Of a stretch of 24,000 bases of DNA, positions 6,541 to 13,449 are shown piece by piece (position 1 is the first letter of the stretch; each line of letters starts with the position of its first letter). The stretch comes from Thermoflavimicrobium daqui (GTDB taxonomy: Bacteria; Bacillota; Bacilli; Thermoactinomycetales; Thermoactinomycetaceae). The DNA lies in NCBI RefSeq assembly GCF_003313465.1, contig NZ_KZ845663.1, positions 271,911 to 295,910 on the forward strand. The letters are read 5' to 3'. A program made the translations under genes and the position numbers. Below the pieces are notes generated by a model. The model was not told where the DNA came from. It worked only from the letters and a program-made list of their open reading frames with translations, and did no database searches.

Positions 6541-7071
6541 TTTCAATATCAGTGGAGATATAAAAAAGAGGATTTAAAATTTTGCCCGCGTTGCGGACAT
6601 CGTTTTTCCCTAGAAGACTTGCATATTCCCAATCAACCTCAACTCCTTTGTCATCATTGTCAATTTGTCTTCTACTTAGATCCAAAACTGGCAGTAGTGG
6701 CAGTGGTTCTAAATAAAGAAAAAAACAAAGTATTACTTCTGCAAAGAAACGAAGAACCTGGGAAAGGCTTATGGGCACTTCCAGGAGGATATGTTGAACG
6801 TGGACATGATCTTTTTGAAACCATACAAAATGAAGTAAAAGAAGAAACAGGTCTTTCTATAGAAGTTTATAAAATTATTAATACATTCTCTTATCCTAAG
6901 GATGGGCTTATCCAATTGACCTACGAAGCGATTGCTGATCATGAAGAGGTTATCGTTAACATTGAAAGCAAAAAAGGTTATTTTTTCTATTTTGATGAAA
7001 TTCCTTGGAGTCAGCTTGCATTTCCCTCAACGGAAAAGCTATTACGTTTGTATACAGATAAAAATAGGTAG
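6430..7071 (+). CDS. Zn-ribbon NUDIX hydrolase (NudC-like architecture); start codon uncertain
   Basis: The Zn ribbon CPRCGHRF...CHHCQF is followed by a Nudix fold with the box GYVERGHDLFETIQNEVKEETGL. The only in-frame starts upstream of the Zn ribbon are ATG 6430 and TTG 6460. Neither has a convincing SD. Confidence 0.7.
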   Translation: MGRGDDTPLNLGVVQNGNGLRTLTIQESHRLQPWECQFQYQWRYKKEDLKFCPRCGHRFSLEDLHIPNQPQLLCHHCQFVFYLDPKLAVVAVVLNKEKNKVLLLQRNEEPGKGLWALPGGYVERGHDLFETIQNEVKEETGLSIEVYKIINTFSYPKDGLIQLTYEAIADHEEVIVNIESKKGYFFYFDEIPWSQLAFPSTEKLLRLYTDKNR

Positions 7072-7180
7072 TTTAACTTCAATGTGTATATCTAAAACTA
7101 GGTAAGCCGACGTTTTGTCATATGGAGGCGGATACTTTCCCTAACTGCTATATCAATAGGTACTAGCCTGCCTTCACTCC

Positions 7181-7996
7181 TTATAACTTCCCTGCAATCC
7201 GGTAATTCAGACTTTTATCACCTTTTAGAATCACTGTAAAGTCTTTACACATCTCATAAATCCGCGATCCGATCGCTTCATCAATGGTACATAGTTGATC
7301 AATATCTTTTTCGGATGAGACCATGATCGGAAGATGATTTAAATAGCGGTAATTAATCATGTCAAATAGCTGTTCAAGTTGGAAATCGGTTACTGTTTTT
7401 CGCCCTTTAAATAGATCATCGATAAATAAAACCTCAACTTGCTTTAACTGCTGCACTTTATCACTGATTACCTCAAAGTTACTTTTTAGATCATTCATGC
7501 CTTCTATCCAAGGAAAGTAGAGAACCCCAACACCTTGGCTTAATAGACTATTAGCCACTGCAATCAGAAGATGCGTTTTTCCACTACCCGACTTCCCTAG
7601 TAAAGCAATGCTATTATTCCTCCCTGATCGTAGTCGTGAGAAATATTCCAGATAAGCTTTGGCACATGCGAACGCATTTTTTACGGGTTGGGGTCTGCCA
7701 TCAAGGATGAACGACTCAAATGATAGTCTACGAAATTCATTAGTGATCCGACTGTATTTAAATAGCCTCTCCACTCTCCTTTGCACATGACACTCGCACC
7801 AACACCAAACTTCATAGCCATTTTTATCTCGTGCAATATATCCTTCTTGATCTTGGCATTTAGTGCATTGATAAATGGGCTGGCTTTTCCTCAAGCCATT
7901 TGGGCATGTTGAGCCATCCGACTTTGCCGCCTGTAATGCTTTCATTCGCTGGATTCTCTCGCTGATTTGATCCATAACGCTGATTGTTTTTTGCAT
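7181..7996 (-). CDS. DnaC/IstB-like AAA+ helicase-loader protein with an N-terminal Cys-rich region
   Basis: Walker A GKSGSGKTHLL and Walker B LFIDDL. Cys-rich segment CTKCQDQ...CWCECH. I prefer the MQKTISV start at 7996, which has an AAGGAGAG SD, over the track start at 8155. Confidence 0.8.
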   Translation of the reverse strand: MQKTISVMDQISERIQRMKALQAAKSDGSTCPNGLRKSQPIYQCTKCQDQEGYIARDKNGYEVWCWCECHVQRRVERLFKYSRITNEFRRLSFESFILDGRPQPVKNAFACAKAYLEYFSRLRSGRNNSIALLGKSGSGKTHLLIAVANSLLSQGVGVLYFPWIEGMNDLKSNFEVISDKVQQLKQVEVLFIDDLFKGRKTVTDFQLEQLFDMINYRYLNHLPIMVSSEKDIDQLCTIDEAIGSRIYEMCKDFTVILKGDKSLNYRIAGKL

Positions 7997-8849
7997 GATG
8001 CTGATCTCTCCTTTTTTCTTCATTGATCCAATTCCAGAGAATCGTTGCACAGTAATTAAACGAATGAACACCATCAACCCCTTTGATTTCAAAGGCATGA
8101 TCCACCGCTTTTTTGATCCGATCCAATGGTACTTGCTTAGTAACCAATTCATCAATCGCTTGGTAGTCTTTTGCAGACAGCGGAGCTTTTCGCTGTTTTT
8201 TCTTCAAGTAATAGCGTTCTATTTGCTGGGCTTGTCTATCTTCTTTTGATGGCTCACTTTGTGAAAGATCACTCCATCTATCATCATCATTATTATTATT
8301 TTCTTTATTATTTTCTTTAGGAGGCTTAAATCCATTGGTACTATTGGGATCATCGCTTGTATCGGTTACCAAAATAGTAACTGAGGTGTTACTGTTTTGG
8401 TAACTTTCATACACTAAAGAGTTACCATTTTGGTAACTAGCGTTACTTTTTTGGGAATCGAAATCTCCTTCTGATGTTACGGTTTTAGTAACTGGTCCAG
8501 AGGGCAAATTTCTTTTCAACAACTCCATATACTTCTGTTTACTAAAACGTTTTACTAAGCTAACACGCCACTGGTCATAATTTTTGTTGATCTGGATCTG
8601 TTCACCATCGATCAGCAATACTTTTACCTCTGATAGATAATCTAACTCTTTTTTTATATGCGTCCTTAAAACGCCAACCAGCTCAAAATCGGAGGGACGT
8701 AGCAAAGCGACCTTCTTGCCACATCCATAGCTCATTCGGATGACGAGATCCAATATGTTTCGTTGCCGCTTTGAAAAGTCTGTCTGCATTATGGCTTCAT
8801 AAAGTTCATTATTTAACTTGGTGTAGTGATCCGGCTGTGGATTTGCCAT
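7860..8849 (-). CDS. phage replication initiator (RepO N-terminal / DnaD-like C-terminal)
   Basis: 329 aa. The N-terminus (FSKRQRNILDLVIRMSYGCGKK) resembles phage replication protein O. A low-complexity linker follows. The C-terminus (HSFNYCATILWNWINEEK) resembles a DnaD-type domain. The 3' end overlaps the next gene by 137 nt. Confidence 0.65.
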   Translation of the reverse strand: MANPQPDHYTKLNNELYEAIMQTDFSKRQRNILDLVIRMSYGCGKKVALLRPSDFELVGVLRTHIKKELDYLSEVKVLLIDGEQIQINKNYDQWRVSLVKRFSKQKYMELLKRNLPSGPVTKTVTSEGDFDSQKSNASYQNGNSLVYESYQNSNTSVTILVTDTSDDPNSTNGFKPPKENNKENNNNDDDRWSDLSQSEPSKEDRQAQQIERYYLKKKQRKAPLSAKDYQAIDELVTKQVPLDRIKKAVDHAFEIKGVDGVHSFNYCATILWNWINEEKRRDQHHAKNNQRYGSNQRENPANESITGGKVGWLNMPKWLEEKPAHLSMH

Positions 8850-8879
8850 TGCAATCTTCCCCCTTATAATCTAAGTGAT

Positions 8880-9083
8880 CTATTCAATTTCTTCTGGATG
8901 AAATAGGTTAAATTCTCTTAATACCGACTTCTCTATCTGATTCCGTTGAATATGTACAAAGCCACATCCACATTGATAGCAGGTCATTGATCGATGTCTC
9001 TTAAAGTCTTTCCTCCTCGGATTTACTGACCAACCACAATGACAGCAATATTTTGGTGGATTGATATTAAAGTAAACTCCCAT
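8880..9083 (-). CDS. hypothetical small Zn-ribbon protein
   Basis: 67 aa with CCHCG...CYQCGC. A strong SD (AGAGGAGGA) lies upstream of the ATG. Confidence 0.5.
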   Translation of the reverse strand: MGVYFNINPPKYCCHCGWSVNPRRKDFKRHRSMTCYQCGCGFVHIQRNQIEKSVLREFNLFHPEEIE

Positions 9084-9285
9084 CTTTCATCCTCCTCTAA
9101 CTAGAAGCAGGGAATGGTGGGTTCCCTGCTTGTCCAATATACTTCCTAACCTTATCAACCTTCACCCTTAGCAATTGCCACAGCGTGACTAGACCCTGCT
9201 CTACCTAATCTAGATACATTTTTTGTATAAAATGAACGGGTTTCGCTTTGCTTTTTACTAAATGTTTGGTAGAATAACTTTACTG

Positions 9286-9447
9286 TTAAGCTTTTTTAGA
9301 GCTCGCTTCTTTCGCCAGAGAAGCGAGCTTTTGATTTAGAAGTTGGGCATAGGCTTTTAAAGTCAAATGTCCAGCAAGCTTTCCATCAACATATATCCAA
9401 ACTTTTGGCACTCTTTTCTCTATAAAGCCGTAGATCCGAATGCGCAA
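9286..9447 (-). CDS. hypothetical 53-aa protein (internal TTG start of the 9286..9573 ORF)
   Basis: A near-perfect SD, AAAGGAGGTGA, lies 5-6 nt upstream of TTG 9447. No recognisable family. Confidence 0.35.
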   Translation of the reverse strand: MRIRIYGFIEKRVPKVWIYVDGKLAGHLTLKAYAQLLNQKLASLAKEASSKKA

Positions 9448-9986
9448 CGCTATCACCTCCTTTTGAAGATGAAAACAATTCCTTTTGCAGACTACTACCA
9501 GATTGAAAAAAAGGAGAAAACGCTTCATAAAATGCCTGTTCAATCGGTTTATCTCCAAAAGTTTCTTTCCCAAGCTTTGGCTTCACTCTTTTATTTAGCC
9601 GACGTCCTTTTTTCATAATATTTCCCCTGCCTTTTCATAGGTCTTACAAATAAATCTATGCAATATGGACAGGTGTACGAGCCTTCTAAATTACTTTAAA
9701 GATATGGACACTTTATCAACTCATATCTGACCTATTAAGGCTGTTAATAAAGAAGAGAGCCATTTTTGACTGAATCGACCTCTTGATGTGTTACTCAAAG
9801 GAATAAAGCTAATCTCCTTCTCGTTTTAATATTTGACTATCTATTACAAATGTTATGAATATATTTCGAGCTACTTTCTTTCTCTTAGCAATTTTTCGAT
9901 CGTATTTTACAAAACGATCCTCTCGGTTTTTTAATTTCGCAATAACTGGAACAACTTAGTTTACCTCCACAAACTCATTATAAATC

Positions 9987-10076
9987 TATAGGTTAATTTA
10001 AGTCAATTATAAATTTACCCATTGGTTAATTTATCGTGAATTAATCTTACTCATCTTGTGTTATCATTAACCTATA
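9987..10076. promoter_or_regulatory. operator-like repeats in the divergent intergenic region
   Basis: TATAGGTTAAT (9987-9997) and its exact reverse complement ATTAACCTATA (10066-10076). A third site, GGTTAATTTA, occurs at 10024-10033 and also at 9991-10000. Confidence 0.35.
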
Positions 10077-10097
10077 AGTAACTAAGGGTGATTTTTT

Positions 10098-10406
10098 ATG
10101 ATTCACATTGGATCTCGTATAAAAGAGTTGAGAATACAGCGAAATATTAGTGCCAAAGAGTTAGCTTTAGCTCTAGATGTATCTCAATCTTTTATTTCAG
10201 CTATAGAAAATGGGAATAAAAAATGTTCGTTGGAAAACATCGATAAAATTTGCTCTGTATTAGGCATTACTCTTTCAGACTTCTTTGCTACTAACGACAA
10301 TCAACTTCCACCTGATCTCATACAACTCATGGAAGCTCTTAAAAAGTTACCATCTGAAGAGCGTCGTGCTCTTAACCATTACCTGCAAACTCGATTGAAA
10401 GGATGA
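10098..10406 (+). CDS. XRE-family HTH transcriptional regulator
   Basis: 102 aa. HTH_3 pattern (IKELRIQRNISAKELALALDVSQSFISAIENGNK). Confidence 0.85.
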   Translation: MIHIGSRIKELRIQRNISAKELALALDVSQSFISAIENGNKKCSLENIDKICSVLGITLSDFFATNDNQLPPDLIQLMEALKKLPSEERRALNHYLQTRLKG

Positions 10407-10831
10407 TTCACATGAGTGATCAATTGCTTGAACAAATTCTGAGTGAACTAAAATCACTAAATCAACGTGTGACCAACATTGAAACGAACATGGCCACGAA
10501 ACAAGAACTTGAATCTATAGACCAGCGTATGTCTAACTTTGAAACAAACACGAAACAAGAACTTGAATCCTTAAATCAACGTATGACACACTTTGAAGCA
10601 AACACGAAACAAGAGCTTGAATCCTTAAATCAGCATGTAAGCCATTTAGTTCCCACGACAGAACGCATCGAAAAGAAACAAGCAACCATCCTCGAACAAG
10701 TTGTACAAAATTCAGAAAGGATTTCGGTTATTACGGAAAGTCAGCAGCGTCAAGAAGAATCTCTTAAAACTCTCGCTTTGCGCTCTATCGAACAAGAAAC
10801 AGAGTTGAGAAAGATAAAGCGTGTCAAGTAA
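10403..10831 (+). CDS. coiled-coil protein with tandem 18-aa repeats, function unknown
   Basis: 142 aa. Its start overlaps the upstream stop (ATGA). It carries three tandem units of the type QRMxxFExNTKQELESLN. Confidence 0.6.
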   Translation: MIHMSDQLLEQILSELKSLNQRVTNIETNMATKQELESIDQRMSNFETNTKQELESLNQRMTHFEANTKQELESLNQHVSHLVPTTERIEKKQATILEQVVQNSERISVITESQQRQEESLKTLALRSIEQETELRKIKRVK

Positions 10832-10990
10832 TCGCACCTAGCTGGTGCTTTTTTATGCCTATTCTATTCCGAATTTCCGCACTCTATTAAGTACAGCATG
10901 TTGCATAATTCGAGCCAAAAATCTAGATCATTTCTAGAATGCGAATCGCTTTTGTGTAAGATCGAAAACGATGAGCGGCTAAAGAGGTTA

Positions 10991-11007
10991 TGCAACGTTA
11001 TGTTGCA
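10991..11007. promoter_or_regulatory. palindromic operator candidate TGCAAC-N5-GTTGCA
   Basis: A perfect 6-bp inverted repeat. Further half-sites are GTTGCA at 10900-10905 and TGCAAC at 11055-11060, all upstream of the HTH gene at 11128. Confidence 0.35.
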
Positions 11008-11071
11008 ATTTTACGCATATATTATTGTAACATTTCGTTTCTGTCAATATTTTTTGCAACTTTTCGTTTCC

Positions 11072-11100
11072 TTGAACTAGAAACACTAAGTTTCTATAAT
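11072..11100 (+). promoter_or_regulatory. sigma-A-type promoter for the 11128 HTH gene
   Basis: TTGAAC (11072-11077), a 17-nt spacer, then TATAAT (11095-11100). It lies 28 nt upstream of the ATG, and a GGGAG SD follows. Confidence 0.6.
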
Positions 11101-11127
11101 TAATTTAAGACCTTAGGGAGATAAAAA

Positions 11128-11538
11128 ATGTTTAAAGAACGGTTAATTAAATTAAGGAAAGAAAATAAACTAAGTCAATACGAGCTTGCTAATAAACTTG
11201 GCTTTACAAGAGGACAGATTTCAAATTATGAGTTAGGCTCAAGAGAGCCTGACCTTAAAACACTTCATAAAATAGCTGACTTCTTCCAAGTTACTCTAGA
11301 CTATTTAACCGGTCGAGTAGATAACCTTACAAGCGCAGAAACCGATCTCCGAAAAGCAATAAATGAGGTATCAGGTCTAAGCAACCAAAATAATCGAAAT
11401 CTCGCTATGGAAGAGATCATAGAAGTACTTAAAGTAAAAGAGCTTACCTTAAATGGCAAGCCCATACCCGAAGACAAGAAAGTGCTTATTATAGCCCAAC
11501 TAGAAGCTACATTAGATGTTTTAAGAAAACAGGAATAG
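11128..11538 (+). CDS. XRE-family HTH regulator with a C-terminal extension
   Basis: 136 aa. HTH_3 pattern (LRKENKLSQYELANKLGFTRGQISNYELGSREP). Confidence 0.85.
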   Translation: MFKERLIKLRKENKLSQYELANKLGFTRGQISNYELGSREPDLKTLHKIADFFQVTLDYLTGRVDNLTSAETDLRKAINEVSGLSNQNNRNLAMEEIIEVLKVKELTLNGKPIPEDKKVLIIAQLEATLDVLRKQE

Positions 11539-11576
11539 AAGTGATACATTAATAATAAGATACAACTGTTTGTGAT

Positions 11577-12139
11577 GCTATAGTTCCCTAATGAAGTTCG
11601 ATATGATATGATTTTAGGGTCAAATGGATTGTCAAATATTTTGCTATAGTTCCCTAACGAAGTTCGATATGATATGATCGATGCGCCCGAAACTTACGAC
11701 TTTAACACGCTATAGTTCCCTAACGAAGTTCGATATGATATGATGTATTTTTAGCAAATGATTTAGGTAATCCGCTATAGTTCCCTAACGAAGTTCGATA
11801 TGATATGATAACAAAAAAAACAAACCCTCACAGTCTGAAGCTATAGTTCCCTAACGAAGTTCGATATGATATGATACTTTCCATCAGAAGCATATCGCAT
11901 TCTAGGCTATAGTTCCCTAACGAAGTTCGATATGATATGATTTCAAGATTTAACTATTCGCCTCTCTAATCGCTATAGTTCCCTAACGAAGTTCGATATG
12001 ATATGATGATTTGTTCTATTACCAGAACGAACTGGAGGCTATAGTTCCCTAACGAAGTTCGATATGATATGATTGTAAAAAATTTATGTGTTTTAGGTGG
12101 TAAGCTATAGTTCCCTAACGAAGTTCGATATGATATGAT
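11577..12139 (+). CRISPR. type II-C CRISPR array A: nine 36-nt repeats and eight spacers; crRNA sense inferred to be the plus strand
   Basis: Repeat GCTATAGTTCCCTAACGAAGTTCGATATGATATGAT starts at 11577, 11643, 11709, 11774, 11840, 11906, 11972, 12038 and 12104. Spacers are 29-30 nt. The first, cas-distal repeat is a variant (C16T). The sense call comes from complementarity to the predicted tracrRNA. Confidence 0.95.
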
Positions 12140-12148
12140 ACCTTTTCG

Positions 12149-12190
12149 AAATCCCTTGTGAATCCTATATTTACAGGGGATTTTCTTTTT
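12149..12190 (+). terminator. hairpin plus T-tract at the cas-proximal end of array A (terminator and/or leader element)
   Basis: An 11-bp stem, AAATCCCTTGT / ACAGGGGATTT (12149-12159 / 12173-12183), is followed by TTCTTTTT. A homologous hairpin sits beside array B. Confidence 0.5.
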
Positions 12191-12236
12191 AAAAAACAAG
12201 TTTTTAGCCATCACTCCCTTATCATTTTTCTCTTTT

Positions 12237-12557
12237 TTAGAAAAGCGAAAGCTGTGTCGAATTTAATTTTTTCTCTGTGGGAGTGGGTAGTCCAACCAGT
12301 AATTTCATCCTTGCATATTGTTTATCTGTAATAGTTAGTACACGTACGGATCCCTTCGGTGGTAAATTACGATTTAAACGTTCTAGATATTTTTGCATCC
12401 CATCATTTCCATTACAAATTCGGCAATAGACCGAATACTGAATCATATCATACCCATCATTCAGAAGATACTTTCTAAACTTTGCATACTGCTTTCTGTC
12501 TGACTTCCTAGCTACTGGCAAATCAAAGAAAACTAGAATTCTCATAAATTTACTCAT
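12237..12557 (-). CDS. cas2: CRISPR-associated endoribonuclease Cas2
   Basis: 106 aa. It has the typical N-terminus MRILVFFDLPV. It overlaps cas1 by 8 nt and lies adjacent to the array. Confidence 0.9.
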   Translation of the reverse strand: MSKFMRILVFFDLPVARKSDRKQYAKFRKYLLNDGYDMIQYSVYCRICNGNDGMQKYLERLNRNLPPKGSVRVLTITDKQYARMKLLVGLPTPTEKKLNSTQLSLF

Positions 12558-13449
12558 ATTTATGAAGTGTTAAAGGTAAAAGCTGAGGAAGCTTTAATTG
12601 ATTAAAATCATCATGCCTACATGCAGTAACAAAGCTTTTAATCATTTCTTCAATAGATCGATAAATGCTATATTTCTCTTCATGAAACAAGACATTATAA
12701 TTAAGCAGATTATACAACTGTGCTCGAATTTCTTTACTGAATTCCATCTCTTCATCTACATACATTTTGACACATAAATCAGCCATCGGACGATACACCT
12801 CCATAAAGTCATCTGCCAAATTAAAATTATTCAAATCATTACTGTGCATAATTCCAAGGCAAGGAGTGAAGCCATAACTAACCAAGGCTCTAGCTACTGC
12901 TCCTCTTATGATGGAATATCCATAATTCAAAGCAATATTTACTGTATTTTCCTGTCGCCGATGAAATTTCCCATCAAATAGATATTTGAAGTATATTTGT
13001 GCTCCATAAGCTTCTCGATTGGTAGTATCTCCAGAATCCACTTTTTTACTTATTTGAATCAATTCATCATATCCACTCTTTCCCAAAATTGATAAGCACT
13101 CTGCTTGATTTAATAACTTTTGTATAATAATCCGTTGCCAAATTCGTTTTTTAAAAGGTTTAGATAAAGCGTATTGCCGTTGCAATACGCTTAACTGTCT
13201 AGAATGTGTTTGAAAGCCGTGCAATACTCCATTAGGTAGATGTTTTTGATTACAGGTAAAAAGAGCAATGTTATATTCACTAAATTTACTTAATGCAAAC
13301 CCTGTAATAACGGATGCATTCTCTTCTAGAAGAACCGTTGCAATATCTTCTAAAGGAATTTTTACTTCTTCATCTTGTATAATCACCAATTGGTTGTTTC
13401 TTACTGACAACTTAGCTTTATTGGTGATCATGACGTGTCGCCAGCCCAA
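12550..13449 (-). CDS. cas1: CRISPR-associated integrase Cas1 (type II)
   Basis: 299 aa. It has a GWR-type N-terminus and sits between cas9 and cas2. It overlaps the 3' end of cas9 by 32 nt. Confidence 0.9.
   Translation of the reverse strand: MGWRHVMITNKAKLSVRNNQLVIIQDEEVKIPLEDIATVLLEENASVITGFALSKFSEYNIALFTCNQKHLPNGVLHGFQTHSRQLSVLQRQYALSKPFKKRIWQRIIIQKLLNQAECLSILGKSGYDELIQISKKVDSGDTTNREAYGAQIYFKYLFDGKFHRRQENTVNIALNYGYSIIRGAVARALVSYGFTPCLGIMHSNDLNNFNLADDFMEVYRPMADLCVKMYVDEEMEFSKEIRAQLYNLLNYNVLFHEEKYSIYRSIEEMIKSFVTACRHDDFNQLKLPQLLPLTLHKYE

Noticed and set aside
6100-6560. Tested by eye against group II intron (GUGYG 5' end, domain V), T-box, cobalamin, lysine, c-di-AMP (ydaO), glmS, RNase P and tmRNA signatures.
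   Set aside because: None of the diagnostic motifs is present, so no family assignment is made. The region is kept only as an unclassified candidate structured RNA.
7997-8155. The N-terminal extension of the DnaC-like ORF (track start at 8155).
   Set aside because: The extension overlaps repO in another frame and lacks an SD. The internal ATG at 7996 has an AAGGAGAG SD and begins the conserved Cys-rich N-terminus.
9295-9345. A 10-bp inverted repeat, GCTCGCTTCT/AGAAGCGAGC, followed by TTTTGATTT on the plus strand, considered as a terminator.
   Set aside because: It lies within the 3' end of a minus-strand ORF, and no plus-strand gene lies upstream for it to terminate. Its function is unclear.
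9367-9618. Overlapping ORFs 9367..9618 (+), 9386..9616 (-) and the full-length 9286..9573 (-).
   Set aside because: They are mutually exclusive. Only the internal TTG start at 9447 has a strong SD. The 76-aa minus-strand ORF (AGGGGA SD) remains possible but unsupported, and the plus-strand ORF has no signals.
10898-11080. A 60-aa plus-strand ORF upstream of the second HTH gene, considered as a possible small acr-like gene.
   Set aside because: It has no SD and a Cys/Phe-rich, odd composition. It overlaps the operator half-sites and the -35 box of the HTH promoter. It is more likely regulatory DNA.
11966-12214. An 82-aa minus-strand ORF with the repeating peptide ISYRTSLGNYS.
   Set aside because: It lies entirely inside CRISPR array A. 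The periodic peptide is simply the translated repeat, so this is an artefact.
12140-12236. Looked for csn2 or cas4 between cas2 and array A, which would indicate type II-A or II-B.
   Set aside because: Only 97 nt of non-coding sequence is present, so the locus is called type II-C.
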